DNA from: an uncultured Rhodobacterales bacterium
GTDB taxonomy: Bacteria; Pseudomonadota; Alphaproteobacteria; Rhodobacterales; Rhodobacteraceae
Length of the DNA stretch: 64,000 nt
Assembly (NCBI GenBank): GCA_964499865.1
Contig: CAZCPY010000001.1
Coordinates: forward strand, 102,238 to 166,237
Direction: 5' to 3'
The notes under the pieces were generated by a model. That model had not been told where the DNA came from. It saw only the letters and a program-made list of their open reading frames with translations, and made no database searches. The position numbers and the translations under genes were made by a program. This document shows, one piece after another, positions 59,147 to 64,000 of this stretch; positions within the stretch are counted from its first letter, which is position 1, and each line of letters opens with the position of its first letter.

Positions 59147-59907
59147 ACTCCAGCCCTAAGCCGCTGGTTGTTTAATCCTTTAGCTAGGCTGAGAGCGATC
59201 TCGGCTTCGACGTCGTACGCTACTCGGAACATCGAGATCGTCTCTGCTTCCGTATCTATCACGGTACCAACCGCGCGCGCGTCCTTATCTCGCGGCTGGC
59301 CCACGCTCCCGACGTTAACTAAGACACGAAAAAGTGCGGACACGTCGCACTTGAACTCTCCCTTGCTGTAGAGCTCTTTTATGTCGAAGTGAACGATGCG
59401 GTCAGCCCAGACGTCTTCCGGAATGATCGCACGCATGGTGCAGATTTCAGGCAGGTGTGTGTGCCCAATTACACACATTTGCGCCTTCCCGGCATCCATG
59501 CATAACTCCCGACTAAAGTCGTCCAAGACGTAGTTGAAGCTCTCCGGGCGCACCAGCTCTCCGTGGCATAGGTGAATATGCTCTGTGACGATCTCGTGCG
59601 GTCGCGTGCTGAGCCAGCGTTTTTCTTCGGCGCTCAGAGCCGTTCTCGTGAACATGATACCTTCGAATGCGTGACGGCTGAAATCATGAAGAATCTTATC
59701 CGACATGACCGCAGCGTCATGGTTCCCTTTGACGACTTCAGCGTTGATCTCGCGCACAAACGCGATCGTCTCAGACGGGCGCGGTCCGTATCCAACTATG
59801 TCGCCTACGCTTAAAAACTTTTCCGCGCCACGTTTGATCAGTTCAGCGTGCACTGCGCGGAGCGCCGTTAGGTTTGCGTGTATGTCGCCAAAGATACCGT
59901 ACTTCAT
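59143..59907 (-). CDS. calcineurin-like metallophosphoesterase
   Basis: GDIHAN, GDIVGYGP, GNHD and GHTH in order. Confidence 0.8.
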   Translation of the reverse strand: MKYGIFGDIHANLTALRAVHAELIKRGAEKFLSVGDIVGYGPRPSETIAFVREINAEVVKGNHDAAVMSDKILHDFSRHAFEGIMFTRTALSAEEKRWLSTRPHEIVTEHIHLCHGELVRPESFNYVLDDFSRELCMDAGKAQMCVIGHTHLPEICTMRAIIPEDVWADRIVHFDIKELYSKGEFKCDVSALFRVLVNVGSVGQPRDKDARAVGTVIDTEAETISMFRVAYDVEAEIALSLAKGLNNQRLRAGV

Positions 59908-60278
59908 GTGACATCCTTTAGGTCCAGTGCTTTTAGTTTTTCCAGGAACAGATTATCAGCAAGTTCCTGATCGTGCTCTTTCATAAACTGCGCGTACGTG
60001 TTAAACGGGCGAGTCAGTGGTAAGAGCAGTTCGAGCCAGAAAAAGTTGAGAACGAATTGCCTGGCGTTATTGTGGGAACTTTGCAGTTCTTTTGCTTCTT
60101 TTTCGCTGGTTCCTGAAGGAATCTTCGGCGCGCCGAGCGCGAAAAAGTGGTTGATTTGCTTAGTGAGCAGCTCCCAAGGACCGTCGATCCGCTTGTCGTA
60201 ACTGCGCGGATGTTCGGCGATAAAACAAAGAATCGCGCTATCTACGCAGGCGCGCTGTAATGTAGTTAGTTCAGGCAT
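59904..60278 (-). CDS. hypothetical protein (start trimmed)
   Basis: I prefer the ATG at 60278 (MPELTTLQ), because the longer track ORF would run through the terminator at 60311-60352. Confidence 0.5.
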   Translation of the reverse strand: MPELTTLQRACVDSAILCFIAEHPRSYDKRIDGPWELLTKQINHFFALGAPKIPSGTSEKEAKELQSSHNNARQFVLNFFWLELLLPLTRPFNTYAQFMKEHDQELADNLFLEKLKALDLKDVT

Positions 60279-60310
60279 GACTAGCCTCAGTTCAGGGATG
60301 CATGACTGGT

Positions 60311-60352
60311 AAAAAATAGGTCCGCCAAGCCCTTCCCGCAAAGCGGACCTAT
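60311..60352 (-). terminator. Rho-independent terminator
   Basis: Minus strand reads ATAGGTCCGC…GCGGACCTAT (10-bp stem) followed by T6. Confidence 0.6.
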
Positions 60353-60355
60353 TTC

Positions 60356-60433
60356 TCAGAAGCTCATTGCGATCAGGGTCGCGGCGAGAATCGCCGCGGC
60401 TCCCAGATCGTCGAGCAGTTGACGCCAGTTCAT
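60356..60433 (-). CDS. possible 25-aa hydrophobic micro-protein
   Basis: Product is MNWRQLLDDLGAAAILAATLIAMSF, preceded by CAGGAGAG and followed by the terminator. Confidence 0.35.
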   Translation of the reverse strand: MNWRQLLDDLGAAAILAATLIAMSF

Positions 60434-60531
60434 GACTCTCCTGTCAAGTTTGGTGGCGCGAAAGCGGTCGCGCACCGGAGAAAGAATCGGGGTCAGCTTC
60501 GGCTGACTCCTGATTAGGTTCTTTCAATCAT

Positions 60532-60948
60532 TTACTTATGCCACAAATGCAGGCATGTTTTGTCAGATTTTAATAATCTGTACCAGTACACCCAACCAGC
60601 GAGGCGCACGGCTAACCATATGGTGTACCTTTGCCACATAGGGACGCCTAATTCTCGCATTATCTTTCTGAAAACTCCATCCGCCTCCCGCCGAGTAATC
60701 CTTCTCATCCCGCCACTTACTAAAGGTTTAGCATAGTAACAGTAATCATGCACCACCGCAGCCTTGTTGTACTTGCCTAGCTTAGGCAATAACCAGTTCG
60801 CCCAACCAGGAATTGAAGCGAAATCCATAATAAATCCGGCAGGTACAATAAATGTATCTGTATTCCCTTCGTAAATAAGAGCTTCGAGTAGCTCGAATTC
60901 CTCGCCACCTTCTACTTCTTTTATTTTTAACTCGGTACGGAACGGCAT
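60532..60948 (-). CDS. DUF1353-like protein (start trimmed)
   Basis: FIVPAGFIMDFASIPGW…AAVVHDYCY matches the DUF1353 pattern. The ATG at 60948 (MPFRTEL) is preferred. Confidence 0.55.
   Translation of the reverse strand: MPFRTELKIKEVEGGEEFELLEALIYEGNTDTFIVPAGFIMDFASIPGWANWLLPKLGKYNKAAVVHDYCYYAKPLVSGGMRRITRREADGVFRKIMRELGVPMWQRYTIWLAVRLAGWVYWYRLLKSDKTCLHLWHK
60534..60547 (-). promoter_or_regulatory. promoter-like motif TTTGTGGCATAAGT
   Basis: It overlaps the last codons and stop of the DUF1353-like gene (…HLWHK*). A structured leader of about 100 nt follows. Confidence 0.4.
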
Positions 60949-61003
60949 AAGCGTGTAAAAGCTGTGTAAGTTATTGTACCGCTTAGAATCGTGCCGCCTC
61001 AAT

Positions 61004-61540
61004 ATGTTTTCTCTTAAACCGCTAGCGGACGCTGCTAGAAAGCAGTTAGAAAAGAACAAGGTTCAACCCTCGACAGATCCGGTCATGCAGCCGGTCCAGT
61101 CTTCTGCCATAAAGCAGATGGGATACAACCCACACCACAAACTGCTACACCTAGAATTTACTGGAGGCGGGAAATACGCCTTTAAGGGTGTCGGGCCTAG
61201 AACGTTCTATAACTTCACAAAAGCCGAGTCCAAAGGCGCCCATTTCCGACAATACATCATGGATCGGTATGATAGTGAGCGTCTAGACAAAGTTCACCTG
61301 AACGATGTAATCGCTGCAAGTCGACCGCACATCAAAGGTTCTCTATTCAAAGACAGCCGCGCCAAGAAAACCATACTACAGGTCACTAAAAAGAAGTCGC
61401 TCACCGAACTGGATCAGAAGGATCTCCGCATGGCCTTGCGGCACTTTAAAAATCTATCTAAGCCCGTAGCCAAGACTCCAGATTCAATCCAGTCAGTTTT
61501 TCTATCGCCGAATAGCGCGGCGCAGCGAAGCGCCAAATAA
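61004..61540 (+). CDS. KTSC domain-like protein
   Basis: SSAIKQMGYNPHHKLLHLEFTGGGKYAFKGVGPRTFYNFTKAESKGAHF resembles the KTSC domain. The ATG at 61004 is preferred. The 3' end overlaps the convergent gene by 83 nt. Confidence 0.5.
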   Translation: MFSLKPLADAARKQLEKNKVQPSTDPVMQPVQSSAIKQMGYNPHHKLLHLEFTGGGKYAFKGVGPRTFYNFTKAESKGAHFRQYIMDRYDSERLDKVHLNDVIAASRPHIKGSLFKDSRAKKTILQVTKKKSLTELDQKDLRMALRHFKNLSKPVAKTPDSIQSVFLSPNSAAQRSAK

Positions 61541-62216
61541 GTTTTCGACTGTGATCGTCAAAAACCGAGTCTAGTGGTTGGTAGTACCGCTCGTCGTGCC
61601 GTTCTGGGAACATCAATTCAGGGCCGCCCAAAAAGTATTGAATCCTGGCCATTTCTACGACAGTATTCTGGACGTAATCTTCCCACTTTACGAACAATAC
61701 GCGGTCGGAATCATTAACAATGGTTAAGATATGTTCGATGAACGTGTCGTACTGACATTGATGTAGTCGGTTGTGAACATCGTGCCACGGATATATTGCG
61801 TTTCGTCTCCAACGCACTTCTTGCTCTAAAATGTCCTTTATCGGCGGCTGACGTTTAGGTCCGTCTAGGTACTGATGCGTCAGTCTCGCAATAGGTTCTC
61901 GTATAACCAGGACGTATTTGGCTTTGTGAATGTATCTCTCTATTAATTGAACTGCCCACGGCCAATAGAAATAACTTTCTGACGCATCTATTGCAGGTTC
62001 TTTCTTTAATTTTCGGAACAACTTCATATACGACGCCGGCGCGATCGTAGTATGCTTTTTGTACAGCCCCGATGGAATAATTATTCCTGGGCACTTCAAA
62101 CTAAAAAAATCGAGGCCGCGCGGCCTCGGCACCTGGAAATCTCCGGTGCGCGCCAGTTCTAGCGCTATCTCTGTAGTACCACTATAGTCAGGACCGAGAA
62201 TGAATCCGAATTTCAT
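61458..62216 (-). CDS. sulfotransferase-like protein
   Basis: N-terminal FILGPDYSGTT (5'-PSB-like P-loop) and VIREPIARLTHQY (3'-PB-like R-x-P-x-x-R) at the appropriate spacing. Confidence 0.5.
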   Translation of the reverse strand: MKFGFILGPDYSGTTEIALELARTGDFQVPRPRGLDFFSLKCPGIIIPSGLYKKHTTIAPASYMKLFRKLKKEPAIDASESYFYWPWAVQLIERYIHKAKYVLVIREPIARLTHQYLDGPKRQPPIKDILEQEVRWRRNAIYPWHDVHNRLHQCQYDTFIEHILTIVNDSDRVLFVKWEDYVQNTVVEMARIQYFLGGPELMFPERHDERYYQPLDSVFDDHSRKLIWRFAAPRYSAIEKLTGLNLESWLRA

Positions 62217-62257
62217 GGACTCATTTTATTCTCGGCCCTGATTTTAACGCAGTGGCG

Positions 62258-62521
62258 TTAGGCTTTGTTACTGTAATGTGCAAGGAGTCTTCCAAGATCC
62301 TGCGCTACAGGCTCTTGACGGAACTCCGGACGCTGCTGAAACCACTCATACGTCCGCTCGAGCAATCTTTCTAGATCGAACTTGATACGCTCGTCTCCTA
62401 AAGTGTCTGGTGTAGATTGACCAGCCTCTAGCTTTTGCAGTCCTTTTTTGGTGACCGCTAAGATATTGCGGAAGTCCGTCGGTTCCCAATCGCCGTTACC
62501 GAATGTCGTAATTAACTTCAT
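62258..62521 (-). CDS. hypothetical protein (start trimmed)
   Basis: The ATG at 62521 (MKLITTFG) shares 1 nt with the upstream stop (TAATG). Confidence 0.5.
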   Translation of the reverse strand: MKLITTFGNGDWEPTDFRNILAVTKKGLQKLEAGQSTPDTLGDERIKFDLERLLERTYEWFQQRPEFRQEPVAQDLGRLLAHYSNKA

Positions 62522-63444
62522 TAGATGATCGATGCGGCCCACGCGGCCTGAGCTTCCCACGCCTCTTCTGTAGTGAAATCCACAGGATGCTTATCCCACC
62601 AGAATTGAGTGAAGTTAGCGGCGCGGCCTCCAATTGTTGATAGTGTTTTATGTAACTGATTTGCGTTCCAACTGTCGTGATTGTGCTCTACGACGTCAGT
62701 AGGATAAGGCGGACCGAGGGGTTTCACGTTGAAATCCACGGTCATTTCGCCTGCGGCTAAGAATACAGGCACCTGACTGGCTCGGGCCTGGTTGGTCGTT
62801 ATCCAGGTGATCGGTGATCTAGCTATTTGATCTTGAGAGGACAATGCGGCTAAGGTGTTTCCGGGGCCGTAGTGCTGCCCTAGAGAGCCGCTTACATTTT
62901 GTTGCATTGACGGTAAATATACCGCAGCTACTGCGGACAGACACAAGAACTTTGGAGCAGGACAGTTCGCGTCTGGGTGCCAAGCATAATACATCAGATT
63001 CTGACCACCCGCTGAGCGTCCCGCAGCGCCAATTCGTTCTTTATCTATACCAAGCTTAAAAGCGTTTCTTTGTAGATATCTAGCGAGCACCACGGCGTCA
63101 TTTTCCGGTCCGGGAAACTTACCTATAGCGCCGGGCAAATAGCCAAACTGGGCATCGATAAACGCTATGCCGCGCTTTAAGAACGCCATTCCCAGCGGAC
63201 CAGGTTCGCTAAGTTTAGTGGTTTTACCCCAGCCACCCCCAGTCATAAAAATTACTGCCGGTGTTCCCGGACCTCCCAGCTTCTTTATGGGCTGGAACAT
63301 CCGGAATGTTTGGTGGTCATGCAGCGAACCATATGTATGATCCTGCGCGGTGTAGCTAAATTTCGGTGTTTGCATAGATATTGATTGACGCAACGCGAAT
63401 ATAGCCAATATTTGACTTAATAGGTGGCGTCGTGTTGATGACAT
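62521..63444 (-). CDS. alpha/beta-hydrolase (esterase-like) with N-terminal signal-like sequence
   Basis: MTGGGWG (oxyanion-hole-like) and GRSAGG (G-x-S-x-G). The N-terminus MSSTRRHLLSQILAIFAL has an RR-containing signal-like segment. Confidence 0.55.
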   Translation of the reverse strand: MSSTRRHLLSQILAIFALRQSISMQTPKFSYTAQDHTYGSLHDHQTFRMFQPIKKLGGPGTPAVIFMTGGGWGKTTKLSEPGPLGMAFLKRGIAFIDAQFGYLPGAIGKFPGPENDAVVLARYLQRNAFKLGIDKERIGAAGRSAGGQNLMYYAWHPDANCPAPKFLCLSAVAAVYLPSMQQNVSGSLGQHYGPGNTLAALSSQDQIARSPITWITTNQARASQVPVFLAAGEMTVDFNVKPLGPPYPTDVVEHNHDSWNANQLHKTLSTIGGRAANFTQFWWDKHPVDFTTEEAWEAQAAWAASII

Positions 63445-63447
63445 TAG

Positions 63448-63990
63448 TTACCAGGATATGATTACAGTGTACTCGTCTGTTCCGTACTCTTTAATGAACA
63501 GCTTGGCAATATCCTGCACCCAGGGTTGTGATTCTGCAGCATCAACGACATCTAACCAACTGAAAGAGCGTAGAACGCCATTATGGGCGTCAAAGAAATC
63601 TGACATGAAATGCCAGAAACAGCGGTATGGAATTTCTTGCGCCTTGCCGTCCGGATCATTTTCATATGCGTGCCGCAGATCGTTCCAGAACTTGATCCCA
63701 TCTGGCGACTCTAAAAATAATCTGCCGGCTTTATTGAACCGGTATCCCCTAACAGGATTTTTTTCCATCTCGATTATTTGTGGGTAGCGTGCACGCTCCC
63801 ACTCCGTTTGATGGCGCGCATTGAACGCGAAGACGGTTTCATATCCGTTAGCTTCTAGGCGCGCCCTTTCGTCATCAGTGATATATTGGTCTGTGTTGAT
63901 TTTGTATTTCTCTTCGAGCAGCCGCACCATTTCTCTATAGTCGTATATTTCATCCGTCTTTTGGCTGCTTAGTTTTTCTTTGAGGCTCAT
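63448..63990 (-). CDS. hypothetical protein
   Basis: 180-aa ORF with ATG start, 3 nt upstream of the next gene. Confidence 0.55.
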   Translation of the reverse strand: MSLKEKLSSQKTDEIYDYREMVRLLEEKYKINTDQYITDDERARLEANGYETVFAFNARHQTEWERARYPQIIEMEKNPVRGYRFNKAGRLFLESPDGIKFWNDLRHAYENDPDGKAQEIPYRCFWHFMSDFFDAHNGVLRSFSWLDVVDAAESQPWVQDIAKLFIKEYGTDEYTVIISW

Positions 63991-64000
63991 GTGTGCGTGT

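Overview
This 64-kb window reads as part of a large tailed dsDNA phage genome. Genes are densely packed in co-oriented blocks, and many stop and start codons overlap (ATGA/TGATG). I saw no rRNA, no complete tRNA, no integrase or transposase, and no CRISPR array. Layout: (i) 1-3931 holds + strand genes, including a 1093-aa protein of unknown function. (ii) 3978-23598 is a long minus-strand block of accessory and nucleotide-metabolism genes: AAA+ ATPase, three calcineurin-type metallophosphoesterases, a divergent ThyX-like protein, a Cys-based phosphatase, an SprT-like HExxH protein, a GroES-like co-chaperonin, a MazG-like protein and many hypotheticals. (iii) 23796-37081 is a + strand virion module with Ala/Gly-rich membrane-anchored proteins, gp25/W-like and baseplate-J-like proteins, and a 1774-aa fibre with a LamG-like domain. 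(iv) 37078-44106 is a minus-strand accessory block with a methyltransferase, a DEDDh exonuclease and a GC-rich Ea22-like island. (v) 44272-58013 is a + strand block with a 2503-aa multidomain fibre/depolymerase candidate, further fibre-like proteins and an SF2 helicase. (vi) 58026-63990 is mostly minus strand and carries a DHH/DHHA1 phosphoesterase, a metallophosphoesterase, DUF1353-like and KTSC-like proteins, a sulfotransferase-like protein and an alpha/beta-hydrolase. The most unusual content is a 17-member family of very small (47-67 aa) Gly/Tyr/Trp/His-rich cistrons in three tandem minus-strand arrays (14714-16540, 22709-23598, 38409-38728). Each starts MKINDYG-like and ends GNGKGxKH-like. 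The stop of each cistron overlaps the start of the next, mostly as TTGA, and the arrays share mosaic, perfectly identical DNA segments. I cannot assign this family to anything I know. Other findings are a recurrent promoter-like motif (TGTGGCATAAGT with an upstream A-tract) and a duplicated 100-nt promoter/5' leader whose hairpin shows a compensatory base-pair change. All functional calls come from motifs read by eye, since no searches could be run.
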